Shown: positions 1 through 9,878, counted from the stretch's first letter. The stretch is 64,000 nucleotides of DNA from Dehalococcoidia bacterium (GCA_009693015.1 SHYB01000001.1:47885-111884); one strand, 5' to 3'. Numbers and translations: made by a program. The notes: generated by a model not told the origin, from the sequence alone.

Positions 1-1
1 C

Positions 2-64
2 GGCACGGGCGGGACGCTGGGCACGCGCCACAGCGGGGTGACGATGATTCTGGGGAGGGACTAA
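2..64 (+). CDS. 3' end of an upstream gene (partial), possibly thiolase-like partner of the downstream DUF35 protein
   Basis: Open frame from window start ending TAA at 62-64 (..GTGGTLGTRHSGVTMILGRD*), 1 nt before the next start; DUF35 proteins usually follow SCP-x/thiolase genes. Confidence 0.3.
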   Translation, partial: GTGGTLGTRHSGVTMILGRD

Positions 65-65
65 G

Positions 66-482
66 ATGGCTGAGTATTTGAAGCCGGTTCCCACGCCCGA
101 CCCGGACACGAAGAAGTTCTGGGAGTATGCCAAGTCGCATGAGCTGCGACTGCCCCGCTGCACGGCGTGCAGCCTGCTGTTCTACCCGCCGCAGGGGCTG
201 TGCCCGCGCTGCCTGGGCGATGCGCTGGAGTGGGTGAAGATGCGCGGCACGGGCGTGGTGTACAGCATGTCCGTTGTGTATGCAAATAGATCGAAGGGGT
301 TCAAGGACGAGGTGCCGTACATCTTCGGCTACGTCACCCTGGATGAAGACGTGCAGATGCTGACCAACATCCTGTTTAAGGGCGACCCGTTCCAGGTGAA
401 GATCGGCGCGGCGGTGGAGGTGGTGTTCGACGACGCCACGCCGCAGGTGACGCTGCCCAAGTTCCGGCTGCGGGCGGGCTAA
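66..482 (+). CDS. Zn-ribbon OB-fold protein (DUF35/ChsH2-like)
   Basis: 138 aa ORF; CxxC..CxxC rubredoxin-like ribbon (CTAC..CPRC) followed by OB-fold-like region typical of DUF35. Confidence 0.65.
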   Translation: MAEYLKPVPTPDPDTKKFWEYAKSHELRLPRCTACSLLFYPPQGLCPRCLGDALEWVKMRGTGVVYSMSVVYANRSKGFKDEVPYIFGYVTLDEDVQMLTNILFKGDPFQVKIGAAVEVVFDDATPQVTLPKFRLRAG

Positions 483-502
483 GCGCGGCGAGGGAGAGGT
501 GC

Positions 503-706
503 ATGCGCACGCAGCGCCGCGACCCCCTGCTGGAGGAGTTTATCGCCGCGGCATGCGCCATGGGGCTGTTTTGCGGCGCGATTACTCTGGCGTACTGGCT
601 GGTGACGCACCGCTCGCCGTGGCCGGGACTGGCGCTGGGGATGATCGCGGGATTCGGCTACGGCACGGCGCTCTTGGCGCTGACGTCGCCACGGCGGGGG
701 CGGTAG
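503..706 (+). CDS. hypothetical small membrane protein
   Basis: 67 aa ORF with two hydrophobic helices in the gap between genes; no recognised family. Confidence 0.25.
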   Translation: MRTQRRDPLLEEFIAAACAMGLFCGAITLAYWLVTHRSPWPGLALGMIAGFGYGTALLALTSPRRGR

Positions 707-1030
707 GCGCGCCGTGCCGGGTGCGGGGCGAATCTGTCAATCGCTCCCGGCGGGTGGCGGGCTGTGCGACGCAGCGAGATATGGTGTACAGTGAGCCTAG
801 TCAGTGGTCCCCGGCAAAGGCAGATCACGTGTATCACATGAAGTTGTGGTCAATGGCGGAAGGGTATGTGATCATGCTGGTATACCTGCCCTATGTTATC
901 GCCGTCCTGGCCAGCTCGTGGGTGTGGGACAGGATGCGGGCGATGGTGGGCTTGAAGCCTCGCTAGCGGGGCTTCGGGGCGCGTGTGTGCTGCAATTGGT
1001 TGCATAGGCAAGCGGCAAAATCGGTCGAAC

Positions 1031-1068
1031 AAAAAGCGGGGGAGGCTTGCAGGCCTCCCCCGCTTTTT
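1031..1068. terminator. bidirectional rho-independent terminator hairpin
   Basis: aaaaagcgggggaggc-ttgcag-gcctcccccgcttttt: perfect 16-bp stem flanked by A-tract and T-tract, between convergent genes. Confidence 0.7.
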
Positions 1069-1092
1069 GTTGCGCGCGTCTGCGGCGGCGCG

Positions 1093-2802
1093 TTAGCGCA
1101 TGGCCGCCAGGTAGTCCATCTTCTGGGATGACGGGTCTTGCCCAGGGTTCCACGCCGCGGGAACCTTGCTTCCCGCAGCCCAAATGGTCCCTGTCAGGAA
1201 GACAGGCTCAAACGAGGAGACGTTTTCATACTCCCAGCGGCGGTAGGCTTCCGCGCGCTTTTTGTACTCGTCCAGGTTCGGCGATGATGCCCATGCCGCC
1301 GCGAGCTCAATGCCCTTGGGGTCCTTGTTGTAGATCCAGGGCCCGTTGAGCGTGTGCGGGATCGTGGAGAAGGTAGATGCCACCGTCCCCGTGGCGATGG
1401 AGTAGGAGCCCGCCACCGTGGGCTTGGTGAAGTAGCTCTTGCCCACGTTGGCGTACATCTGATCCCGGTAGTTCTGCTCCGTCTTGGGGGTGCGGTTGAT
1501 CTTCACGCCCACCTTCCCCCACATCACGGCGATGGCCTCGTTGATCTCCTGGTCCAGGCCCGTGAGGTTGGAGAAGATGATGTAGTCCATCTCAAAGCCG
1601 TTGGGAAAGCCGGCATCGGCGATCATGGCTTTGGCTTTCGCGACATCGAATGCAGGGACGGGAAGAGGGCCGGTCCACGATACTTCCTGCGGCAGCACAG
1701 GGTAGTCCATGGTGGGCGAGGCAAGGCCCTGCATGAAGGTCTCTACGATGGCCTTGCGGTCAATGGCGTAGTAGTGCAGCGCCTGGCGCACGCGCAGGTC
1801 GTTGAGGGGGTTCTTGCCGTAGCCGGGGTAGGATTCGACAAACGCCTCGCGGAAGATGTAGGTGAAGGCGCGGGTGTCCTGCTGCGCCATGACGCGGAGG
1901 CCGGCATCGCGGAGGGTCTTGACCTGGCCTACGCTCAGAGGGCCGGAGACGTCCACTTCCTTGTTGCGCAGCAGCGCGGTAATGGTGGACTCCTCAGGCA
2001 CCTCCCAGAAGGTTACGGTCTTGGTGCGGGGCACCGCAAAGAACCAGTGCTTGTCCAGAGCGTCGTAGACCACCTTGTCCGCCGTAATGCTCTTGTGCTT
2101 GTATGGGCCGCTGCCCACCGGTTGCCTGTTCACGCCTTCCAGCCCGGCGGTGGAGACGTAGTGCTTGGGGATGAGGAACGCAGGCTTGCGGGCGCCGCCC
2201 AGGAGGCTCCAGTTGCTCACATGCCAGAAGATGTCCGTGTTTTTCAGGGTGAGCACAAAGGTGGAGGCGTCCGGCGTCTCCATGCTCACGATGTTGTCTT
2301 TGAACGGACCTAGCTTGGAGGACTTGGACCCGGCCGCCATGGAGTATTCCAGGACATACTTCAGGTCGGCGGAGGTGGCTTTCACTCCGTCATGGAAGGC
2401 GACGTTGTCCTTGACTTTGAACGTCCAGACCTTGGAGTCAGGGCTGGCGGTCCAACTGGTGGCGAAACCCCGCGTGGCGTCAAGCTTGCCATCAAAGGTA
2501 GAGGCAATGATGGGGTCATAGATTGGCTGGAGGGAGCTTTCCACGCCGCCGCCTTGATCGGGGATCATCACCTTGCCGCCGAGGGAGGTGAGCGCGATGG
2601 TCATTTCGCCTTGCGGCAGAGGGACAGGCGTGGCCGTGGGGGTAGGCGCGGGCGTGGGGACAGCCGTTGGCGCGGTGGCCGTGGCCGCCGGTGGAGCGGT
2701 GACGGCTGGCGCGGCCTCATCGTCGCCGCCGCCGCATGCTGCGACGACGAGCAGCACCGCTACCATGAGAAAGAATAATCGCGGCATGTGCCGGTATGTC
2801 AT
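1093..2802 (-). CDS. ABC transporter substrate-binding lipoprotein, family 5 (peptide/nickel/opine type), orphan (no permease/ATPase nearby)
   Basis: 569 aa; signal peptide with lipobox LLVVAAC, long Pro/Thr/Ala linker, SBP_bac_5-like body. Confidence 0.8.
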   Translation of the reverse strand: MTYRHMPRLFFLMVAVLLVVAACGGGDDEAAPAVTAPPAATATAPTAVPTPAPTPTATPVPLPQGEMTIALTSLGGKVMIPDQGGGVESSLQPIYDPIIASTFDGKLDATRGFATSWTASPDSKVWTFKVKDNVAFHDGVKATSADLKYVLEYSMAAGSKSSKLGPFKDNIVSMETPDASTFVLTLKNTDIFWHVSNWSLLGGARKPAFLIPKHYVSTAGLEGVNRQPVGSGPYKHKSITADKVVYDALDKHWFFAVPRTKTVTFWEVPEESTITALLRNKEVDVSGPLSVGQVKTLRDAGLRVMAQQDTRAFTYIFREAFVESYPGYGKNPLNDLRVRQALHYYAIDRKAIVETFMQGLASPTMDYPVLPQEVSWTGPLPVPAFDVAKAKAMIADAGFPNGFEMDYIIFSNLTGLDQEINEAIAVMWGKVGVKINRTPKTEQNYRDQMYANVGKSYFTKPTVAGSYSIATGTVASTFSTIPHTLNGPWIYNKDPKGIELAAAWASSPNLDEYKKRAEAYRRWEYENVSSFEPVFLTGTIWAAGSKVPAAWNPGQDPSSQKMDYLAAMR

Positions 2803-2845
2803 GGGCGCCTCTTTCTATACGCTGCAATGCAGGTGTTGGTCCAAG

Positions 2846-2895
2846 TAGAACTGCGGGATATAATACCCTGTAGAACTGCGGGATATAATACCCTG
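2846..2895. repeat. perfect tandem duplication of a 25-bp unit, each carrying TATAAT, in the SBP gene upstream region
   Basis: tagaactgcgggatataataccctg x2, read directly. Confidence 0.85.
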
Positions 2896-3011
2896 GGCGG
2901 CGCTGTTCCGCCAGGGCCAGTATTGGGCGCGCGCATGCATGCGGCGTGAAGTGCGCATGCGATCATGTGAACGACGCGTGCATGCCGTCCCGGGCGAGAC
3001 TGCGGCGCAGG

Positions 3012-4274
3012 CTAACGGGCGATGAGCCGCTCAAAGCGCGCCTGTGTGCGGAACGGGCCGACGATCGCCAGGTTGCGCTTGGCCGGCGTGATGATGCGCT
3101 TGGCAACAGCCTGCACCGCCTCCGGCGTCATGGCGTCCACGATGCCGACGACATCGTCAATGGTGACGACTTCGTTGCGCAGGAGTTCTTGCGCGCCTAC
3201 CCACCCGGCCATGGAGCGCGTGTCCTCCGTGCGCAGGAGAAGGCGGCCCTTGGTCATCTCTTTGGCCTTGTGCATCTCATGTTCGGGCACGGGCTCTTTC
3301 ATGCTCTCCAAGACGCTGAGGGCGGCGCCGATGGTGCGGTCAATGTTCTTGGGCTCCACGCCGGCATACAAGGTGAGCGCGCCGTCATCAAGGAAGTGGC
3401 TGGCGTAGCTGTGGACGTCATACGCCAGGCCGAGCTTTTCGCGGATTTCCAGGAAGAGCCTGCTGCTCATGCCTTCGCCCATGACCACGTTGAGCATGTC
3501 CAAGGCGTAGCGGTCAGGGTGCTTGCTGGAGAGGCCGGGGAAGGCGATGCACAGATGGGCCTGTTCGGTCTTTTGCGACTTGAGGCTTGCGCGGGGCGCC
3601 CGCTGCCCTTTTTTGGCGGGGAACCATGTGCGTGGCTTGCTGCGCTTCCACTTGCCGAGATGTTCTCCGATGACGTTGACGACCTCTTCATGGGTAATGT
3701 CGCCGGCGACGGCCACCACGCAGTTGTTGGGGGCGTACTGCCTGGCAAGGTAGTCAAGCATGGCTCGCCTGCTGAGGGCGCTCACGGATTCCTTGGTGCC
3801 GCCCACGTCGCGCCCCAGCGCCTGCCCAGGCCACATGGTGGTGTCAATGAGCAGGTCCACCAACTGCTGGGGCGAATCGTTGATGGAGCCGATCTCTTCC
3901 AGGATGACCTTGCGCTCCCGCTCCACCTCGGCGGGTTTGAAGACGGAGTGAAGGATGATGTCGGCGAGGAGGTCCGCCGCGGTGGCGAAGTGGTGGCGCG
4001 CCACCTTGGCCCAATAGATGGTGATTTCGCGGTCGGTGCTGGCGTTCATGAAGCCGCCGATGCCTTCGATTGCCTCGGAGATTTGCTGGGGCAGCGGACG
4101 CTTTTTCGTGCCTTTGAACAGCATGTGCTCCAGGTAGTGCGAGAGGCCGGCTTCGGCGTCGGACTCGTAGCGCGAGCCGGCGCCGAAGAAGCAGGCGACG
4201 GTCACGGAGCGGACGTGTGGCATGGGGACGGTGAGCACGCGGAGGCCATTGGAAAGCGTGGATTTTTGATACAT
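3012..4274 (-). CDS. M16 family zinc peptidase (pitrilysin/insulinase-like)
   Basis: 420 aa; inverted zinc motif HYLEH..E, M16 N- and C-domain pattern. Confidence 0.8.
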   Translation of the reverse strand: MYQKSTLSNGLRVLTVPMPHVRSVTVACFFGAGSRYESDAEAGLSHYLEHMLFKGTKKRPLPQQISEAIEGIGGFMNASTDREITIYWAKVARHHFATAADLLADIILHSVFKPAEVERERKVILEEIGSINDSPQQLVDLLIDTTMWPGQALGRDVGGTKESVSALSRRAMLDYLARQYAPNNCVVAVAGDITHEEVVNVIGEHLGKWKRSKPRTWFPAKKGQRAPRASLKSQKTEQAHLCIAFPGLSSKHPDRYALDMLNVVMGEGMSSRLFLEIREKLGLAYDVHSYASHFLDDGALTLYAGVEPKNIDRTIGAALSVLESMKEPVPEHEMHKAKEMTKGRLLLRTEDTRSMAGWVGAQELLRNEVVTIDDVVGIVDAMTPEAVQAVAKRIITPAKRNLAIVGPFRTQARFERLIAR

Positions 4275-4282
4275 GGGGTTCC

Positions 4283-4945
4283 TTAGCTAGGGTCAGCGCG
4301 GCTGGGAGCGGTCGAGGGGGCAAGCCAGAGGACATCGCCGCAGAGGTCCGGCGAGTGCGGCCGGGACTCGAAAAGTCGGAACTGCTGCTTTTCCCTGCCC
4401 AGCAGGGTGTCCGCACCGTGGCCGGGGCGCACGGCGATATCGTCACCGAGGATGAAGATGCGCTCCTTGAGCATGGACACGAGCTGGAGGAAGGCTTCGG
4501 GCGACCACGTCTTTCCCGGGCCGTTAGGGAAGAGCGTATCGCCGCTGAAGAGCTGCTTGCCCCAGAGGATCGCCGTGCCGCCGGTGGTGTGGCCCGGCAC
4601 GTGCAGGATGGTGAGCGACTGCCCGCCAAGCTGGATCGCGCCCAGGTGCTGGAACAGGTGCTGCGGCGGCAGGGGGAGCATCTCCGCTTCGCTTTGGTGC
4701 ACCCATACCGGCGCGCCTGTGGCGGCGACGATTTCACGATGGCCCTGGATGTGGTCGGGGTGGCAATGGGTGATGAGGATGGCGCGGACTTCCGTGCCCG
4801 CCGCTGCCGCCAGCACTTTCTCCGGCTCGGCGGGGGTGTCCACGATCACGCTTTCACCGGTGGCGCGGCTGACGATGACGTAGGCGTTGTTATCGTAGGG
4901 GCCGGCGCTGACCTTGCGAATTTCCAGGGCGCCTGGAGCGGGCAT
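4283..4945 (-). CDS. MBL-fold metallo-hydrolase
   Basis: HCHPDH motif; track ORF extends to 5038 but the likely start is MPAPGALEIRK (alternative 4975). Confidence 0.7.
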   Translation of the reverse strand: MPAPGALEIRKVSAGPYDNNAYVIVSRATGESVIVDTPAEPEKVLAAAAGTEVRAILITHCHPDHIQGHREIVAATGAPVWVHQSEAEMLPLPPQHLFQHLGAIQLGGQSLTILHVPGHTTGGTAILWGKQLFSGDTLFPNGPGKTWSPEAFLQLVSMLKERIFILGDDIAVRPGHGADTLLGREKQQFRLFESRPHSPDLCGDVLWLAPSTAPSRADPS

Positions 4946-5228
4946 TGAGGGCGTATGGTGAGGCGAAATGGGCATGGGGCCGCCTGACGTGGGGAGTGGG
5001 GACGGGGACAGCATAGCAAACCGGAACCAGTCGCGCAAAAAGCAAGCATCTTCCCGCAGCCCACGTTCAGGTATGCCGCGGAACGTCCACCGTCGTGCCC
5101 CTGCGCGCCGCGTGGCGACACGAAAGGCCCGTTCCAGGATTGACCTCTGGGAAGCGGCGCGATATAGTTGAATTTGGCGGGCGCTATATTATGGTAGGCC
5201 CGCCATATAGAAAGGCAGGTACGGAGCA

Positions 5229-6731
5229 TTGTCGAATCCCATATCCCGTGCCCTGGACAGCTTTTGGGCGCTGGTGAGCTTGGGGAAGACGAAGCGCGTA
5301 GTAGAGGAAGCGAATAAAGAAGCGGCTCGAATCGCCAAAGAGGCTGAGGAGAAGCAAGGCACGCTGCTCAAGGATGCCCGGGCTGAGTCCCAGAAGATGA
5401 GAGCAGCGGCGGAGACGGAGTACCGCGAGCGGAGAAGCGAGGTCCAGCGCCAAGAGCGCAGGATCGCGCAAAAAGAGGATAATCTCGATCGCAAGCTGGA
5501 GGGCATAGAGAAGAAGGAGCGCCAGGCGCGTGAGAAAGAGGAGCAGGCCGAGGCGCTGAAGGGGCAGATCGGGGAAAAGATCCGCTTGCAGGTAGTTGAA
5601 CTAGAACGCATCTCCGGATTCTCCAAGGACGAAGCTCTGGCGCAGCTCTTCAAGAAAGTTGAAGACTCGCTGGAGATGGAAGCCGCGAAAAAGATCAACG
5701 AGATCGACCAGCGTATCCGCGAGGAAGCGGATATGAAGGCTCGCAAGGCTATTGCGCTCGCCATCCAACGGCTCACGAGCGATGTGGTGTCGGAGACGAC
5801 GGTTACTGTCGTCCCGATACCGAGCGACGACATGAAGGGACGTCTCATCGGCCGCGAAGGGCGCAACATACGCGCGCTGGAGCAGGCCACCGGCGTTGAC
5901 CTCATCATTGACGATACGCCGGAAGCGGTGACGCTGTCGGGGTATGACCCCATCCGCAGGCAGGTGGCCCGCGTGGCCCTGCAGAAGCTGATGCTGGATG
6001 GGCGCATTCACCCGGCGCGCATCGAGGACATGGTCAAGAAGGCGCAGGAGGAGATCGCCGAAGAGCTCAAGAAGGCCGGGGAGCAGGCGGTCATTGAAAG
6101 CGGCGTGATGGGACTGTCGCGTGAGTTGGTTGAGGTGCTGGGCCGCCTGAAGTATCGCACCAGCTACGGGCAGAACGTGCTGAAGCACAGCGTCGAGGTT
6201 GCCCATCTCGCGGGGATCATGGCCGCGGAGATCGGCGCCAACATTCAGGTGTGCAAGGCCGGGGGCCTGCTGCATGACCTGGGTAAGGCGCTCACCCATG
6301 AAATCGAAGGGAACCATGCCGATATCGGCGGCGAACTGGCGCGCAAATACGGGCTGAAGGCGGAGATCGCCAAGGCGATTGAAGAGCACCACGTGGACGA
6401 TCGCATCAACGTGGAGGCATTCATCGTGGCGGCGGCGGACGCCATTAGCGGCGCACGGCCGGGGGCGCGGCGCGATACGGCGGAACTCTACGTCAAGCGC
6501 TTGCAAGACCTGGAGACGTGTGCCAACAGCTTCCCCGGCGTGGAGAAGTCATTCGCCATCCAGGCGGGGCGCGAGGTGCGCATCCTGGTCAAGCCGCAAG
6601 AGGTGGACGACCTGCGTGCTGCCAAGCTGGCCCATGACGTTGCCGAGAAGATTCACGATACGATGATCTACCCTGGGCAGATCAAGGTGACGGTGATCCG
6701 CGAGACCCGGGCGAGCGGCATGGCGATGTAG
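5229..6731 (+). CDS. rny: ribonuclease Y
   Basis: 500 aa; coiled-coil N-region, KH domain (GRLIGREGRNIRALE), HD domain (HSVEVAHL..HDLGK); TTG start with AAAGGCAGG RBS; no obvious N-terminal TM helix. Confidence 0.85.
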   Translation: MSNPISRALDSFWALVSLGKTKRVVEEANKEAARIAKEAEEKQGTLLKDARAESQKMRAAAETEYRERRSEVQRQERRIAQKEDNLDRKLEGIEKKERQAREKEEQAEALKGQIGEKIRLQVVELERISGFSKDEALAQLFKKVEDSLEMEAAKKINEIDQRIREEADMKARKAIALAIQRLTSDVVSETTVTVVPIPSDDMKGRLIGREGRNIRALEQATGVDLIIDDTPEAVTLSGYDPIRRQVARVALQKLMLDGRIHPARIEDMVKKAQEEIAEELKKAGEQAVIESGVMGLSRELVEVLGRLKYRTSYGQNVLKHSVEVAHLAGIMAAEIGANIQVCKAGGLLHDLGKALTHEIEGNHADIGGELARKYGLKAEIAKAIEEHHVDDRINVEAFIVAAADAISGARPGARRDTAELYVKRLQDLETCANSFPGVEKSFAIQAGREVRILVKPQEVDDLRAAKLAHDVAEKIHDTMIYPGQIKVTVIRETRASGMAM

Positions 6732-6841
6732 CGGTTCATGCAGCGCGAGCATCGGAGCGGGCGGGGGCCATCCCCGCCCGCTCTCTTTTGCGGGTCGCGC
6801 TTCATTTCCTAAGGGTTCAGAGACGGCCTATAATGGTGTGT

Positions 6842-6879
6842 TCATCCCCCTTCCCCTTCCCTGCTGGGAAGGGGGATGA
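6842..6879 (+). promoter_or_regulatory. perfect 13-bp stem-loop in rny-ymdB intergenic region, preceded by TATAAT (6829-6834) and followed by a second 9-bp hairpin (about 6916-6936)
   Basis: tcatcccccttcc / ggaagggggatga with 12-nt loop; gccgcgcat-cga-atgcgcggc downstream. Confidence 0.5.
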
Positions 6880-6967
6880 TTTGTGTCTGGGTACTTGGGC
6901 TTGCACGGCGTTTTGCGGGGGAGGCAGCCGCGCATCGAATGCGCGGCGAAGGAAGGTCGAACGTAGC

Positions 6968-7735
6968 ATGCGTGTGTTGATGATGGGAGATGTGGTAGGC
7001 AAGCCGGGGCGCCGCGCTGTGGAAGCGGTGGTGCCGGGATTGCGGCGCGAGATGGGCATAGACTTCGTCATTGCCAACGGAGAGAACATCGCGGGCGGCC
7101 TAGGCTTGACGCCGGAAGCGGCGCGCGAGATGTTGCAAGCGGGCGTGGACGTGCTGACGGCAGGCAATCACGTCTGGGACAATCGCGCTATCATCCCGTA
7201 TATGGAAGGCGAACTGCCTATTTTGCGGCCGGTGAACTTTCCGCCGGCCGACCCGGGCAGGGGATGGATGATATGCAAAGGCGTGCTGGTCATCAACGTG
7301 ATCGGGCGCGTGTTCATGAGCATGGCCGACGATCCGTTCCGCGCCGTGGACCGGGCCCTGGAGCAGGCGGGCGGCCGCACCAAGGTGATCATCGTGGAGT
7401 GCCATGCGGAGGCGACGTCGGAAAAAGGGGCTATGGGCTGGTATCTCAACGGGAAGGTGAGCGCGGTGCTGGGCACGCACACGCATGTCGGCACGGTGGA
7501 CGCCCGCGTGCTGCCCCAAGGCACGGCGTTTGTCACGGACATCGGGATGGTCGGCCCGCGCGATTCGATTATCGGCAACACGCCGGCGGACGTGCTGCAG
7601 CGATTCCGCACGCAGGTGAAGGTGCGTCTGGGCATCCCCGAGGGGCCGGTGATGTTTCACTCCGTGCTGGTTGATGTGGACGAGACGACGGGAAAGGCGC
7701 GCAGCATTATCCGGATAGATAGAGAGGTGCCCTAG
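6968..7735 (+). CDS. ymdB: YmdB-like metallophosphoesterase (2',3'-cyclic nucleotide phosphodiesterase family, TIGR00282)
   Basis: Start MRVLMMGDVVGKPGR; GNHxWD motif; conserved rny-ymdB synteny. Confidence 0.8.
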   Translation: MRVLMMGDVVGKPGRRAVEAVVPGLRREMGIDFVIANGENIAGGLGLTPEAAREMLQAGVDVLTAGNHVWDNRAIIPYMEGELPILRPVNFPPADPGRGWMICKGVLVINVIGRVFMSMADDPFRAVDRALEQAGGRTKVIIVECHAEATSEKGAMGWYLNGKVSAVLGTHTHVGTVDARVLPQGTAFVTDIGMVGPRDSIIGNTPADVLQRFRTQVKVRLGIPEGPVMFHSVLVDVDETTGKARSIIRIDREVP

Positions 7736-7737
7736 GC

Positions 7738-8577
7738 ATGGCTGACGTTGACTTACATATGCACACCACCCGCTCCGATGGGCGGCTGACTCCCACGGCG
7801 CTGGTGGAACTGCTGGCGCGCAACGGGGTGAAGGTCGCGGCGATTACGGATCATGACTCCACTGCGGGTCTGGACGAAGCGCTGGCCGCGGCGCAGGCAT
7901 ACCCCCAGCTGCGCATCATCCCGGGCGTGGAGATCAGCACGGACGTGGCCGGCGGCGAGATCCATATCCTGGCGTACCATGTGGACCGTCACAACGCCGG
8001 TTTTCAGCAGACGTTGGAGCGCTTTCGCGCGGGGCGGTACGATCGCGGCCGGCGCATGCTGGAGAAGCTGGCGGCGCTGGGCATACCGCTTTCGTGGGAG
8101 CGGGTGCTGGAGATCGCGGGAGATGCGTCCATCGGCCGGCCGCATGTGGCGCGCGCGCTGGTGGAAAAGGGGTACGTGGCCTCCAGCCAGGAGGCGTTCG
8201 ATAAGTACCTGGGCCGCAACGGGCCTGCGTATGCCGAGCGGGAGAAGCTGACGCCGGAGGAGGCGATCGCGCTGGCGCTGGAGAACGGCGCGCTGCCGGT
8301 GCTGGCCCACCCCGGCTACGTCAACAACCTGGAGGAACTTCTGCCCTCCCTTGTCAGCGCCGGGCTGGTGGGCATGGAAGTGTATTACGGCAAGAGCCAG
8401 GAGCATGACTTTGACCGGCTGCTGCACCTGGCGATCGATTACAAGCTCATCCCCCTGGGCGGAAGCGACTATCACGGCGTGGGCTATGAGGGAGAGGTGC
8501 TGCCGGGCGCCGTGGGGCCGCCGGTGGAGAACCTCCGCCGCCTGGAGGCGTTGAAGCGAGGAGCGGCGTCAAACTGA
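7738..8577 (+). CDS. PHP-domain phosphoesterase (TrpH/YciV-like)
   Basis: DLHMHTTRSDG.. PHP histidine motifs; 3-nt gap after ymdB. Confidence 0.75.
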   Translation: MADVDLHMHTTRSDGRLTPTALVELLARNGVKVAAITDHDSTAGLDEALAAAQAYPQLRIIPGVEISTDVAGGEIHILAYHVDRHNAGFQQTLERFRAGRYDRGRRMLEKLAALGIPLSWERVLEIAGDASIGRPHVARALVEKGYVASSQEAFDKYLGRNGPAYAEREKLTPEEAIALALENGALPVLAHPGYVNNLEELLPSLVSAGLVGMEVYYGKSQEHDFDRLLHLAIDYKLIPLGGSDYHGVGYEGEVLPGAVGPPVENLRRLEALKRGAASN

Positions 8578-8625
8578 TGTCGCCCGCGAGCCGCACGAAC
8601 ATGTCCGCCGCAGTGAGCGTGACGC

Positions 8626-9309
8626 ATGGCCTTTAGCATCCTTTTGGCCGCCTGCGCCTATATCTTCGGTTCGATACCGACGGCGAACGTGCTGGCCAAG
8701 GTGCTGCGCGGCGTGGACTTGCGGAACTATGGGAGCCGGTCAGTCTCCGCCTCCAATGCCGGCGAGCTGCTGGGGAAGTGGGCGATGCTGGTGGTGGGTG
8801 TCGGCGATGCGCTGAAGGGCGCGGCGCCGGTGTGGATAGCGCAGGCGCTGGGGCAAGAGCTACCGGCGCAGATGGCGATTGGCCTGGCAGGAGTCGCGGG
8901 CCACAACTGGTCCATGTTCCTGGGGTGCAAGGGTGGCCGCGGCCTGGCGTCCATGATCGGCGTGCTGCTGGCGCTGGCCCAGCTGGAACTGCTGCTGTTC
9001 ACCGTCATCGCGCTGCTGGGCCTGGCGTTCACCGTCAACCCGCCGGTCTCGCTCGCCATCGCCACGGCGCTGCTGCCGCTGTGGAGCGCCACGTTTGAGC
9101 GGCCCGCGCCGTTCCTCTGGGGCATGGCGCTGATTGTGGTGCTGGTGGCGGCGAAGCGATTGGAAGGCAACCGCGAGGCGTTGCCGCGCCGGGGCAGGCT
9201 GGGGGTGATAGCGAACCGCTTGGTGCTGGACCGCGATACGCGCTCGCGGCAGGAGTGGGTGCGGCGGACGCACGACGCGGCAGGGCCGGCGCAGGAGCCC
9301 GCGCCGTAA
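8626..9309 (+). CDS. plsY: glycerol-3-phosphate acyltransferase PlsY-like membrane protein
   Basis: YIFGSIPTANVLAK N-terminal motif and multi-TM profile; central motif diverged. Confidence 0.55.
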   Translation: MAFSILLAACAYIFGSIPTANVLAKVLRGVDLRNYGSRSVSASNAGELLGKWAMLVVGVGDALKGAAPVWIAQALGQELPAQMAIGLAGVAGHNWSMFLGCKGGRGLASMIGVLLALAQLELLLFTVIALLGLAFTVNPPVSLAIATALLPLWSATFERPAPFLWGMALIVVLVAAKRLEGNREALPRRGRLGVIANRLVLDRDTRSRQEWVRRTHDAAGPAQEPAP

Positions 9310-9323
9310 CGGGCGCGGTCACC

Positions 9324-9878
9324 ATGCAATGCGCCACGCACCCTGCCATCGAGACGCATGTTCGTTGCAACCAATGCAACAAGGCGATCTGCTTCCGTTG
9401 TATGGTGCAGACGCCCGTAGGCTTTCGCTGCCAGGAGTGCGCGTGGGGGAAGGTCAACCCGGCGCACACGCTCCAGGGGCACCAGTGGAAGGTGGCAGGC
9501 GCGGCAATCGGCGCGGCGATTCTTGGGGGTGTAGGCTGGGCGCTCCTGCGCGGGTTGGGCGGCGGCGTTTTTGGGTTCATCTCCATCCTGCTGGCGATGG
9601 GGGCCGGCTACGTGATCGGCGAAATGGTGAGTCGCGCGGCGAACCACCGGCCGATCGAGCAATTGCGCGTCGTGGCGGCCATCGCAGCTATCGCGGCGTT
9701 CTTTGTGGGCAACGTACTGGCGTTTTTCTGGTGGGACGATCTGCCGTTCACCCTTGCGCTGAGGCACTTCTACGCGGACGGCGTGCGTGTCTTCACGGGC
9801 AAGTTTACCCTGTCAATCTGGGGCATCCTTTCGGCGGTCCTTTCCGCGGCGATGGCCGCCTCCCGCATCCGGCGCTGA
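9324..9878 (+). CDS. hypothetical membrane protein with N-terminal B-box-like zinc ribbon
   Basis: CNQCNKAICFRC..CQEC cysteine cluster followed by 3-4 TM helices. Confidence 0.45.
   Translation: MQCATHPAIETHVRCNQCNKAICFRCMVQTPVGFRCQECAWGKVNPAHTLQGHQWKVAGAAIGAAILGGVGWALLRGLGGGVFGFISILLAMGAGYVIGEMVSRAANHRPIEQLRVVAAIAAIAAFFVGNVLAFFWWDDLPFTLALRHFYADGVRVFTGKFTLSIWGILSAVLSAAMAASRIRR

Noticed and set aside
4946-5038. N-terminal 31-codon extension of the MBL hydrolase ORF
   Set aside because: The extension is Pro/Ser-rich with no RBS. Internal ATGs (4975 or 4945) give a conventional MBL N-terminus.
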